The position numbers and the translations under genes are program-made. A model generated the notes under the pieces. It was not told where the DNA came from, did not search any database, and worked only from the letters and a program-made list of their open reading frames with translations. From positions 126,913 through 190,912 of the forward strand of contig CAWEBB010000012.1 of the NCBI GenBank assembly GCA_963807085.1: DNA of 64,000 nt. The letters are read 5' to 3'. Positions 10,550-19,281 of the stretch are shown here, piece after piece. Positions within the stretch are counted from its first letter, which is position 1; each line of letters begins with the position of its first letter. The DNA is from an uncultured Alphaproteobacteria bacterium. GTDB lineage: Bacteria > Pseudomonadota > Alphaproteobacteria > Bin95.

Positions 10550-11341
10550 TTGCACGAGATGACCCCGAACCAAATCCGCGAGGCGGCGCAGTTCCTGATG
10601 GACGCCGCCGCCGCCCGCAAGCGGGTGGATGACCTGCCGGATGGCCTGAAGCCGCAGACGGAAGCGGAAGCCCAGGCGATCTGGTCCGCCATTCTGGCCG
10701 CCAACACTAAGCCGATTGTCGGCTGGAAGATCGGCGCGACCGCCGCCGCGGCGCAACAGGCGATGGGCCTTTCCGGGCCGTTCGTCGGTTTCCTTACCGA
10801 AGACATGATCGACCAGAACGGCGTGACCTACCAGCATGCCGATATGTTGGGCCCGATCGTCGAAAGCGAATACGCCTTCCGCATGGCCGCCGATCTGCCG
10901 CCCAAAGCAGAAGCTTACAGCCGCGCCGAGGTCGAGGCCGCGGTTGGCTCGCTGATCGTTGGGTTCGAAATTCCGGAGCGCCGCCTGGGCGACAAGCACA
11001 GCCTGGGCGCGCTAGGCTCGATCTCCGACCATGGCGGCACGGGGCGCTTTGTCATCGGGGACGAATTCACCGACTGGCAGGGCAAGGACTGCGCCGACAC
11101 CGAGGTCGCCCTGACCTTCTCCGGCGAGGAAAAGGGCCGCGGCAAGGGTGCGGCCATGATGGGTCATCCGCTGGAGGCGCTCACCTGGTTCGCCAATTTC
11201 CTGTCGTCAAAGGGGATTACGCTGGAAAAGGGGCAATTCGTGACGACAGGCTCGGCGACCGGCGTCATTCAGTGCCCGGCTCCGTGCGTGGCGGAGGCGG
11301 ATTTCGGTCCGCTCGGCAAGGTGAAAGCGACGTTCGCCTGA
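10550..11341 (+). CDS. 2-keto-4-pentenoate hydratase / FAH-family hydratase-decarboxylase-like protein
   Basis: 263-aa ORF with the MhpD/HpcG-like layout (..PIVGWKIGATAAAAQQAMGLSGPFVGFL..ESEYAFRMA..). The family call comes from motif recognition only. Confidence 0.65.
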   Translation: MHEMTPNQIREAAQFLMDAAAARKRVDDLPDGLKPQTEAEAQAIWSAILAANTKPIVGWKIGATAAAAQQAMGLSGPFVGFLTEDMIDQNGVTYQHADMLGPIVESEYAFRMAADLPPKAEAYSRAEVEAAVGSLIVGFEIPERRLGDKHSLGALGSISDHGGTGRFVIGDEFTDWQGKDCADTEVALTFSGEEKGRGKGAAMMGHPLEALTWFANFLSSKGITLEKGQFVTTGSATGVIQCPAPCVAEADFGPLGKVKATFA

Positions 11342-11418
11342 GCACCCAAACTTTCCCCCGCCACGCCGGCGGCTTGTGCTAGAGTGGGCTTCTCTCCTGG
11401 AGACGAGGCCCGTTCTTT

Positions 11419-12162
11419 ATGCCTGACAACCGTCAACGCACCCTTTTGCTGACCGGCGCCAGCCGTGGCATCGGTCATGCCACCGTCAAGCGTTTCAGCG
11501 CGGCGGGATGGCGGGTGCTTACTGTCTCGCGCATGGCGTTCAGCGAGGATTGCCCGTGGGTCGCTGGCGCAGACAACCACATCCAGCTCGATCTCTCCGA
11601 CATGGACGGGCTGCCGGCGGCCATCGCAGACATCCGCTCGCGTCTGACCGACGGTTATCTGGACGCGCTCATCAACAATGCCGCCATCAGCCCGAAAGGG
11701 TCGGACGGTTCGCGCCTCGGCATCATGGGCACCGAGCGGGAGGTATGGGAGCAGGTGTTCAACGTGAACTTCTTCTCCTCCATCATGCTGGTGCGGGGAC
11801 TGATTGGGGAATTGGCAACCGCCAAGGGCTCGGTCATCCACGTTACCTCGATCGCAGGCAGCCGCGTGCACCCCTTTGCCGGCGCGGCCTACGCCACCTC
11901 CAAGGCGGCGCTGGCCGCGTTGACCCGGGAGATGGCGTGGGAATTCGGCCCGCGCGGCGTGCGCGTCAACGCCATCGCCCCGGGCGAGATCGACACCTCT
12001 ATTCTCTCGCCCGGCACGGCGGAACTGGTGGAGAAGGAAATTCCGCTGAAACGCCTCGGCAAACCGGAAGAAGTCGCGGCGACGATCTACTTTCTCTGCA
12101 CCGCCCCGGCCTCTTATGTGAATGGCGCGGAAGTGCATATCAACGGCGGCCAGCACGTTTAG
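11419..12162 (+). CDS. SDR-family oxidoreductase
   Basis: LLLTGASRGIGHAT cofactor motif, NNAA, and catalytic YATSKAAL. Confidence 0.85.
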   Translation: MPDNRQRTLLLTGASRGIGHATVKRFSAAGWRVLTVSRMAFSEDCPWVAGADNHIQLDLSDMDGLPAAIADIRSRLTDGYLDALINNAAISPKGSDGSRLGIMGTEREVWEQVFNVNFFSSIMLVRGLIGELATAKGSVIHVTSIAGSRVHPFAGAAYATSKAALAALTREMAWEFGPRGVRVNAIAPGEIDTSILSPGTAELVEKEIPLKRLGKPEEVAATIYFLCTAPASYVNGAEVHINGGQHV

Positions 12163-13610
12163 AACAGCGCCAACTGCAACCAACCGCTCGCGATCACCAG
12201 CGCCATCCATACAGAAGCCAGCACCAGACCCCAGCGAAGCGCGCCGCGCTCGTCGTCCCGCTGGCGGTCCGGTAACGCCGCCATCAGGATGGCGACGATC
12301 GGCAGCGAAGCCATTGCCATGTGCCCCGCCGCGCTCAGTTGCAGCGCCGCGAACAGGGACAGATGACCGAAGCTCTTGCCCGTCGCCGCCGCGCTCGCCA
12401 TGAACAGGGCGGCGGACGGGATCGCGCTGCCGGTGATGTAGGAGCCGACCGCGGCCAACCCGCTGACAAAGGCGACCGAAGCATAGGCGCCGGCGCTGGC
12501 CAACAGGTCTGCCAGCGCAGCAATGCCGCCCGTTTCGACCAGCAGGCGGGCCGTCGCGAGGAACACCAGCACCGTCAGCATCGCGCGCCAGGACCGGCTG
12601 GCCGTATGGCGCAGCAGCGAAGGCTCGTCTGCGCGATGGCAGGCGCGGGGCCACACCGCGATGCCTATCAGACCAACGGTGAACAGCGCGATGCCGGGGG
12701 TCGAGAACACGGCGAGCGACAACCGCCCGGAGGAGACGACTGGCGCGATGCCCTGGCCGGCAAGCCAGGTCACCAACAGCTTTTGCGCTACCACCGCGGC
12801 AATCAGCAGGCCCAGGAGCGCCAATGGCCGGGCCGCCAGCGCATCGGCCAGCCGCGCCTTCGATGGCGAGACCAAGGCCGCCAACAGCAACACCGCCAGG
12901 CCGCCGCCCACGCCCGCGACCTCCACCCCGATGGAGTGGGTAGTGGCGGCGATGCCCGCTACCAAGGCAACGCCTGCGCCTGCCGCAAAGGCTATCCCGC
13001 CCGTCCCGGTTCTTGGCACGAACAGCAGGCAGGCGAGCGGCAGGGCAAAGGCGACCGGGCCGCTGGTCGTGATCATCCGATCCGCAAGGAGGTCGACCGG
13101 CATGTCCGCCAGCTCGGCGCCGAGCAGCGCCGACACCGACAGGGCGCCCCACGGCATCAGGCTCATGCCGATCAGGGCTATGGGCACCACCCGCGGCCGG
13201 GGCAGGACCGTCAGCAGCAGCGGCACGCTCACCAGCAGGGAGACGCCGAACCCCGTCAGCGACTCCAGCGTGACGCCGACGCCGATGGCGATGACCACGA
13301 CCGCCCGCGGCGCATCCAGCCGGAGCGCCGCAATCACCCTGTTTACCGCCTGCAACGAGCCGACCCGGCGACAGATCTCCACATACAGCAATCCCGGCAC
13401 GATCACGGAAAGAACCAGCGCCGTCAGTAATGCGCCGTCGGCCAGGGCATGGGTCAGCGCGGTCATTGTGGGCGGGATGAATACGCCAAATCCCCACAGA
13501 GCCACAGTGACGGCCAGTGCCAGACAGGCCGCCGCCAGTCCGCTCCACCGGAGCCCCAGCACGGCGAGGATCACGGCCGCACAGGGCAACAGTGCGAGCA
13601 AAGCGGACAT
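12159..13610 (-). CDS. L-lactate permease (LctP) family transporter
   Basis: 483-aa polytopic membrane ORF. LctP-like segments are TLESLTGFGVSLLVSVPLL and GSYITGSAIPSAALF. Its start lies 7-10 nt downstream of the degraded marR gene, suggesting an operon. Confidence 0.65.
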   Translation of the reverse strand: MSALLALLPCAAVILAVLGLRWSGLAAACLALAVTVALWGFGVFIPPTMTALTHALADGALLTALVLSVIVPGLLYVEICRRVGSLQAVNRVIAALRLDAPRAVVVIAIGVGVTLESLTGFGVSLLVSVPLLLTVLPRPRVVPIALIGMSLMPWGALSVSALLGAELADMPVDLLADRMITTSGPVAFALPLACLLFVPRTGTGGIAFAAGAGVALVAGIAATTHSIGVEVAGVGGGLAVLLLAALVSPSKARLADALAARPLALLGLLIAAVVAQKLLVTWLAGQGIAPVVSSGRLSLAVFSTPGIALFTVGLIGIAVWPRACHRADEPSLLRHTASRSWRAMLTVLVFLATARLLVETGGIAALADLLASAGAYASVAFVSGLAAVGSYITGSAIPSAALFMASAAATGKSFGHLSLFAALQLSAAGHMAMASLPIVAILMAALPDRQRDDERGALRWGLVLASVWMALVIASGWLQLALF

Positions 13611-13616
13611 CGAATA

Positions 13617-14007
13617 TTACCCCGGGCGGGTCATTGGATCGTTCAGCCGGCTGGTGTCATCGGTACTGCGGGCCGGTTCACGCCGCAATACCACCCATTC
13701 GCGCTGAACCCGGCCGTCCGTTGCGGTCACTATTGCGCACGATCAGGCCGTCACGCTCCATCCGCGCGAGCGTATTCGCCATCGTCGCCTGCTCGATGTC
13801 CAGCCGCTCGACCAGATCTTTTCCGTCAAGCCGTCCGCCTCCCATAGCTCCAGCAAGGCCGGGAAGGTGCCGATGGTCAGTCCCAGCGGTGTTGATACGC
13901 GCCGAAAACCTGCGCGCGAACAGCCGCGCCAGATGGTTGATCAGATATCCCGCCGATTGATCTTTCCGGAACGCCATCGCGGGCGGCATCGCCCTGCTGA
14001 CAATCAT
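13617..14007 (-). pseudogene. MarR-family transcriptional regulator with internal frameshifts
   Basis: The ORF reads ..YLINHLARLFARRFSARINTAG then scrambled TDHRHLPGLAGAMGGGRLDG, then in-frame again KDLVERLDIEQATMANTLARMERDGLIVRNSD. The alternative frame of the scrambled part gives LTIGTFPALLELWEADGLTEK, the expected MarR sequence. This implies a +1 indel and a -1 indel about 65 nt apart. A third shift after ..RNSDRN truncates the C-terminus, so the 3' coordinate is inferred. Confidence 0.65.
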
Positions 14008-14024
14008 TACCTTTCCGTCAGGCT

Positions 14025-15002
14025 CTCAGTGTCCGTCCGAGGACTTTATGAATTCGGCGGAATTGGTTGTTGGATTTTGGCTTGCGGGCTGGAATTGGCT
14101 GTGATTCCCTGTCTGGCACCGAATAGCGAAGAGAGGTGCCCGATGTGGACGGTCGAGAACCGCCTCCGTTACAACCGCGACCACCTGCGGTATCCGAGTG
14201 ACCTGACGGACGAGGAATGGGCGTTGATCGAGCCGTTGATCCCGCCGGGCAAGCCGGGCGGCGGCAAGCGCACCGTCAACCTGCGCGAGGTGGTCAACGG
14301 GCTGATGTATGTGCTCTCTACCGGCTGCCAGTGGCGGGCGATCCCGAAGGATCTGCCGCCGAGGAGCACGGTCCATGACTATTTCGACCTTTGGGCCTGG
14401 GATCGCACGCTCGACCGCATCCATCATGCGCTTTATGCGGCCTGCCGGGAGCAGGCGGAGCGCGAAGTCGCCCCCAGCGCCGCCATCATCGACAGCCAGA
14501 GCGTGAAAAGCGCGGAAAAAGGGGGGCTTGCATCGACCCGCCGGGGTACGATGCGGGAAAGAAGATCAAGGGCAAGAAACGGCACATTCTGGTCGACACC
14601 CAGGGCCTGCTGATGCATGCCCTGGTGCATGCCGCCGATATCCAGGACCGCGACGGCGGCGTGATGGTGATGGCCGCTCTGTTCGGACTCTACCCCTTCC
14701 TGCTCAAGCTTTACGCCGATGGCGGCTATCAAGGGGAGCGGTTCCAGGAGGGCGTGAAAAAGGCCCTCTCCCAGGTCAACGTGGAGATCGTCAAGCGCTC
14801 CGATCATGCCAAGGGCTTTGTCGTGCTGCCCAAACGCTGGATTGTCGAGCGAACCTTCGCCTGGCTCGGACGTTGCCGCCGTCTGGCCCGGGATTGGGAG
14901 TGCCTCAACGCCAAGGCGCTGGCCTTCCTGAAACTCGCCTCGATCCGCCTCATGATCCGAAAACTCTGCAATCCATCATGAAGTTTCCGGACGGACTCTC
15001 AG
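14025..15002 (+). mobile_element. IS5-family insertion sequence (IS427/IS1031-like, two-ORF frameshift type)
   Basis: Imperfect terminal inverted repeats. Left arm: CTCAGTGTCCGTCCGAGGACTTTATGA from 14025. Right arm: reverse complement of the right end to 15002, CTGAGAGTCCGTCCGGAAACTTCATGA. They enclose the transposase ORFs. End coordinates are good to a few nt, and no target duplication could be identified. Confidence 0.75.
14143..14981 (+). CDS. IS5-family transposase, orfA-orfB joined by a -1 frameshift at the A5G6 tract (14516-14526)
   Basis: orfA: MWTVENRLRYNRDHLRYPSDLTDEEWALIEPLIPP..STGCQWRAIPKDLPP..SAEKGG. The -1 frame continues ACIDPPGYDAGKKIKGKKRHILVDTQGLL..ADGGYQGE..WIVERTFAWLGRCRRLARDWE (DDE domain). 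Confidence 0.85.
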
Positions 15003-15265
15003 GAAAAGGTTGGAGCCACAGTATAGCAACGGCGCTGACTACTCGAGACCGAACATTCTACGGATAGCACGCCAACAGCGCGAGTACGTGACCTTGCTGT
15101 CGTTTGCCTCAAGTCTTTCCGTTCGATCAGTTTCACGTAACCGAGTTCGGCGATCGCCCGCATCTCGGCTTCGCGGAAAGATTTGAACTCGTGCACGAAC
15201 GAAATGCGCGAGTAGAGTTGCAGATTTGCGCCCATTTTATGTTCGGACCCCATGTAGATCGGCAT

Positions 15266-15295
15266 CGCCCGAACGGAGCGCGAGACGTTCGGGCG
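15266..15295 (-). terminator. Stem-loop downstream of the 447-aa orphan gene
   Basis: CGCCCGAACG (15266-15275) pairs with CGTTCGGGCG (15286-15295), a perfect 10-bp stem with a 10-nt loop. It lies 21 nt past the stop at 15316. The U-tract is weak. Confidence 0.4.
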
Positions 15296-15315
15296 CCTGC
15301 CGCCGAACCGCGACT

Positions 15316-16659
15316 TCAGGCGATGAGCCCCGCGACCACACCGTCGATCTGGGTCTGCACCAGGATTTGGCGTAGCACGCCGAAGTCGGTGGTCGGCGGC
15401 GCGTCAGACGGGCGCAGCGGGTTGACGAAGATCCGGAAGTCCCCTGACGGGGCGATATCGACGCCAATAAGATTGATGTTGCCGCGGTTCGGCTCGGCGC
15501 CGGTCGGAAGATCGGCGACATAGACCGAGCCGGCCAGCACTTCTGGATGGGCCGTCGAAGGTTCCGCAGGGAAGAACGCCTTGTGAATGCCCTTCGTGAC
15601 ATCGGTTATCACCTTGCCTAGTGTCACGTCAAAACCATCCGCAGTGACCCGGAGCCAGTCGAGCGAGGCGACAACCGATTTGTGCGTTGGCTCGGCGAAA
15701 TTGAAGGTGCCCCAAGCGAGTTCCAGACGCAGCCACAGGTTGATGAAGAAATCGGTATCAGTAGCCCAACCGTTATCGCGGAAACCATGCAGCCGAAATC
15801 CGGCGGCGCGCGGCGTCGAAACCCAGAAGCCATACGTCCAGTTGGTGACGCCCTGATAGTCGACATCCGGATGCATGCCGACATTATCGGGCGATTCATG
15901 AAACTGCTGGTCGATCATCTTCCAGACGATCTGTCGGAGGTTATCGACGCCGATGCTCGCGAATGGCGCGACGCGGGTTTCGCGGCTGTCCGACGCGATC
16001 ATGCCGTTTTCGAACTGGCACCATTCGATGACGGGATCATTCGGTGAAGCAATCTTCATGCGATACTGGTCGATTACCGGGAAGCCAAGATCGCTGCGCT
16101 CGAAGCCCATGCTTCCCCACAAATCCCTGATCCGGCCGCGCACCGACATCGGCCCCGTATGCGGAGTCCAGTAGATCGAACCGCCTGCGAAGTGATTGAA
16201 GCGGCCGACCGACGCCGGCTGTTCATCGGCGGTGGGAAGCCCAAGAGCGCCGGCGGACCCGCCCAGGGCGTTGTACTTTGCCCGGATTTCGCCGTGAACC
16301 TCATGCGCCCCAGTGGCCGGCGAAAAATAGACGTCGAAATCAGGAAACCTCGCAACGTAGCCGCCGGAAACGCCCTCGACAAGTGCCTCCACCGAGGCGG
16401 CCGGAATGCCGAACTCGGCCGCCTTGGCCGTGATCGCCTCCAACGCATCCCTAAACTCGAACACCGATGCGATAGTGCCGCCGGCGGAGACGGATATTCC
16501 GTCCTCCCAGTGAAAGTTGAAGGGCGGAGGATCGGGCGCATGGCTTGCAGGATCCGTAAACTGTGAAAGCGCCTGAAACACCGCCGCCCGCCGACTCTGC
16601 AAAGCTGCGGAGGCGCTATTGTACCGGCCCAGATCCGCAGTCTCATTAACCTTGACCAT
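15316..16659 (-). CDS. Hypothetical protein with two LGFP repeats and an unassigned C-terminal domain of about 250 aa
   Basis: 447-aa ORF. The region GEIRAKYNALGGSAGALGLPTADEQPASVGRFNHFAGGSIYWTPHTGPMSVRGRIRDLWGSMGFERSDLGFPVIDQ matches the LGFP repeat pattern. No signal peptide or TM segment is visible at the N-terminus. Confidence 0.7.
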   Translation of the reverse strand: MVKVNETADLGRYNSASAALQSRRAAVFQALSQFTDPASHAPDPPPFNFHWEDGISVSAGGTIASVFEFRDALEAITAKAAEFGIPAASVEALVEGVSGGYVARFPDFDVYFSPATGAHEVHGEIRAKYNALGGSAGALGLPTADEQPASVGRFNHFAGGSIYWTPHTGPMSVRGRIRDLWGSMGFERSDLGFPVIDQYRMKIASPNDPVIEWCQFENGMIASDSRETRVAPFASIGVDNLRQIVWKMIDQQFHESPDNVGMHPDVDYQGVTNWTYGFWVSTPRAAGFRLHGFRDNGWATDTDFFINLWLRLELAWGTFNFAEPTHKSVVASLDWLRVTADGFDVTLGKVITDVTKGIHKAFFPAEPSTAHPEVLAGSVYVADLPTGAEPNRGNINLIGVDIAPSGDFRIFVNPLRPSDAPPTTDFGVLRQILVQTQIDGVVAGLIA

Positions 16660-16730
16660 TTGCGTATCCTCGATTGAAGTTGCTGACAGGAGAAATACAA
16701 TTCAGGAAAGTAACGTCAGCCGGGCGCCGC

Positions 16731-17636
16731 TCATCCCCAGTTGACGATCGACGATACTCTATCATTCCAGCCGTAGGATGTCAGATTGTGGATCGGCAAA
16801 GCGGCCTGCACGCCAAAGGTCGAGCCCCCGAGATTGATGTGTTCGCAGAGCACGACAATTCCGTACCAAGAGATCACCGACGAAATGACGTCGTTCCAGT
16901 TGCTCGACCAGAACAATACCTTCGCGCGCGAGACTCGCGTCAGATCGCTCCATTGCAAACGCGGCCCAAGCCACAGCCAGTCGCCCGTATAGCCTGCGTC
17001 TGAGAAGAACTGGGCTTCTTTCGGATGGGATGGAGCCGCCGGAGGAGCCGCCGGTCCCGGCGGGGGCGGATTGCCCGACGGGCCGGGCCCGCCGGGAAGC
17101 GGGAGGTCGGGCGGCGGCGGCGGGAGACCCGGCCCTCCCGGGCCGGGAGGTGGCGGCACGCCGGGAATCGGGATATCGAGAGGCGCCAGTCCGAAGAGCG
17201 AGGTCATGTCCCGGATTTGGAGGTAGAGTGCCAGACTGCGTCTCCATTGTTCGCCCGAATATGCCCTGAAACGTTCGCTCTCGTCAGAACTCAGCGCCAT
17301 GAAATGCAGCGTATTGCCGTTAAAGCGCGTGATATCCTTCGGATCGTAGAGGACATTGTCGATTAGAACCGGCATCTGCGGGATGCGGTGGACGCTGTCG
17401 CCCCCTTCCGTCTTCGGTCGACAGGTCTCAAGCGAATGGATGTCGATCGGCGACGGCGACCTGACATATTTTTGCCCCTCTGCCAGCTGGCGGTTCACGA
17501 GTTGCTCCAGATCCTGGATGCCATCTTGCTCCAACGCCGCGAGGACATCTTCAAGGTCGAGCTGATCAAGTCCCTTTTCTTGAAATCGGGCGGCATTGTC
17601 GGCTGAAAACGCACCTGTCACTTTTGGATTCGCCAT
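16731..17636 (-). CDS. Hypothetical protein: novel N-domain, polyproline linker, C-terminal beta-gamma-crystallin-like domain
   Basis: 301-aa ORF. The linker is PGVPPPPGPGGPGLPPPPPDLPLPGGPGPSGNPPPPGPAAPPAAP. The C-terminus FFSDAGYTGDWLWL..NWNDVISSV..VVLCEHINLGGSTF..GWNDRVSSIVNW shows a Greek-key F-x4-Y-x-G motif and two N-D-x-x-S-S motifs. Confidence 0.7.
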   Translation of the reverse strand: MANPKVTGAFSADNAARFQEKGLDQLDLEDVLAALEQDGIQDLEQLVNRQLAEGQKYVRSPSPIDIHSLETCRPKTEGGDSVHRIPQMPVLIDNVLYDPKDITRFNGNTLHFMALSSDESERFRAYSGEQWRRSLALYLQIRDMTSLFGLAPLDIPIPGVPPPPGPGGPGLPPPPPDLPLPGGPGPSGNPPPPGPAAPPAAPSHPKEAQFFSDAGYTGDWLWLGPRLQWSDLTRVSRAKVLFWSSNWNDVISSVISWYGIVVLCEHINLGGSTFGVQAALPIHNLTSYGWNDRVSSIVNWG

Positions 17637-17763
17637 ATCATTCCTCCGGAAAGGCCCAATTTATTGTGGGCCTATTGATATTTTGAAACTCGGAACCCGA
17701 AAGAATAGTATACCTGCTCGAGTTCGGCCAACGTAACTTTCCCGTGATGACTATTTATTTATA

Positions 17764-18705
17764 GAGGCGCTGCTGCCCGTCGGGCGCTGGAAGGGCTATG
17801 GGGGTGAGAGCAATTTCAACAACCGCACCTTCGAGACGCTGACCTGGGTTGCGGGTCTGGGCGCATTGACGGAGCGGATCGCCGTGCTCTCCACCGTGCA
17901 CGTGCCGCTGATGCATCCGGTCGCCGTCGCCAAGCAGGCGGCCACCATCGACCACATCACGAACGGCCGTTTCGTGCTCAACATCGTCTGCGGATGGTTC
18001 AAGGATGAGTTCGAGATGTTCGGCGCCGAATGGCGCGAACACGACCGCCGCTATGAGTATGCCGCCGAATGGCTGGCGCTCGCCCGCAAGCTCTGGACCG
18101 AGGAAGGCGCGTTCGATTGGAACGGCGAGTTCTTCCAGGGCAAGGGCCTCTGGAGCCAGCCGAAGCCTGTCCAGAAGGGCGGACCGGTCATCATGAGCGC
18201 CGGCTCCTCGCCCGTGGGCCAGCGCTTCTCCGCCAGCCATTGCGACATGAATTTCGTCATGCTGCGCCAGAAGGACGAGGCGTCGGACATCGCCCAGATC
18301 GCGGGTCTGAAGGCGATGGCGGCGGAGCACGGGCGCGCGTTGCAGTGCTGGATCCATGTCTATGTCGTCTGCCGCGAGACGGAGAAGGAAGCGAAGGACG
18401 CGCTCCACCGCTACGTAATCGACTATGGCGACGACGTCGCCGTCGGCAACATGCTGGCGACCTTTGGCATGCAGTCGCAGACGCTGGAGCCGGCGGTAAT
18501 GAAAGCCTTCAAGTTTCATTTTAAGGCAGGCCATGGCGGCTATCCGTTGATCGGCACGCCGGAACAGATCGTAGACGAGATGGAGCGACTTTCACGCATG
18601 GGCGTGGATGGCTTGCTGATTTCCTGGCTCGACTATCTGGGTGAGTGCGAACAATGGATCGACCAAGTGTTGCCGTTGATGGAGCAGGCGGGGCAGCGGG
18701 AATGA
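17764..18705 (+). pseudogene. LLM-class flavin-dependent monooxygenase (SfnG/SsuD-like), 5'-truncated
   Basis: Homology starts abruptly at 17764 (EALLPVGRWKGYGGESNFNNRTFETLTWVAGLGALTERIAVLSTVHVP..ITNGRFVLNIVCGWFKDEF..). It lacks roughly the first 45-50 residues expected for the family. Upstream DNA (17640-17760) is AT-rich and has no ATG. The first listed start, 17866, is a TTG. Confidence 0.7.
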
Positions 18706-19262
18706 CCGCCGTTCGGGCCGTCCTGATCCTGGTTTTTGCGACAATCTCGTCGTTGGCCGCTGCAGAGGAACTGCAGAAATTCGCCGAAGGGCGCCAGATC
18801 ATGATGCTGCGCCATGCCTATGCGCCGGGCACGGGCGACCCGACGGACTTCCGGATCGGCGAGTGCAGCACCCAGCGCAACCTGAACGCGGAGGGCAGGG
18901 AGCAAGCGCGCAGGCTAGGCGTTTATTTGCGCTCGCGAGGCATCAAAAACGCCCGCGTTCTGACCAGCCAATGGTGCCGTTGCAGGGAAACCGCCGAATT
19001 GCTGGATGTGGGCGACGTGGAAGAATTCACCGGCTTGAATTCCTTCTACACCATGCCGGAGAAAGAGGGGGAGTGGCTGGCGGAACTGCGCGACCATATC
19101 GTGCTGCTCGGGCGCCGCACCGACGAGCCGGTGATCATGGTCACTCACGCCGTGACGGTCTCTGCCATCGCGGGAACCAGCGTCGGCTCGGGTGAGGCCG
19201 TGCTGCTCGACCTGAACGGCACCGCGAGGCCGGTCTTTGCCGAACGGTTAACCGTGCGGTAG
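18702..19262 (+). CDS. Histidine phosphatase (phosphoglycerate mutase-like) family protein, secreted
   Basis: ATG at 18702 overlaps the LLM stop (ATGA). Signal-like MTAVRAVLILVFATISSLAAA. The catalytic RHA motif lies in MMLRHAYAPGTGDP. Confidence 0.8.
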   Translation: MTAVRAVLILVFATISSLAAAEELQKFAEGRQIMMLRHAYAPGTGDPTDFRIGECSTQRNLNAEGREQARRLGVYLRSRGIKNARVLTSQWCRCRETAELLDVGDVEEFTGLNSFYTMPEKEGEWLAELRDHIVLLGRRTDEPVIMVTHAVTVSAIAGTSVGSGEAVLLDLNGTARPVFAERLTVR

Positions 19263-19281
19263 GTGCTTTCTGCTGCTACTA

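Noticed and set aside
11269-13548. 759-aa ORF on the minus strand, the longest in this region of the track
   Set aside because: It is Arg/Gly/Ala/Pro-rich with no motifs. It runs antisense through the SDR gene and out of frame over the LctP-family gene. This is a typical high-GC open-frame artefact.
14999-15265. 88-aa minus-strand ORF between the IS5 element and the orphan module
   Set aside because: It lies beyond the hairpin that follows the 447-aa gene and runs into the IS end. It has no motif or convincing start context. A gene relic (..FVHEFKSFREAEMRAIAELGYVKLIERKD..) cannot be excluded but is not supportable.
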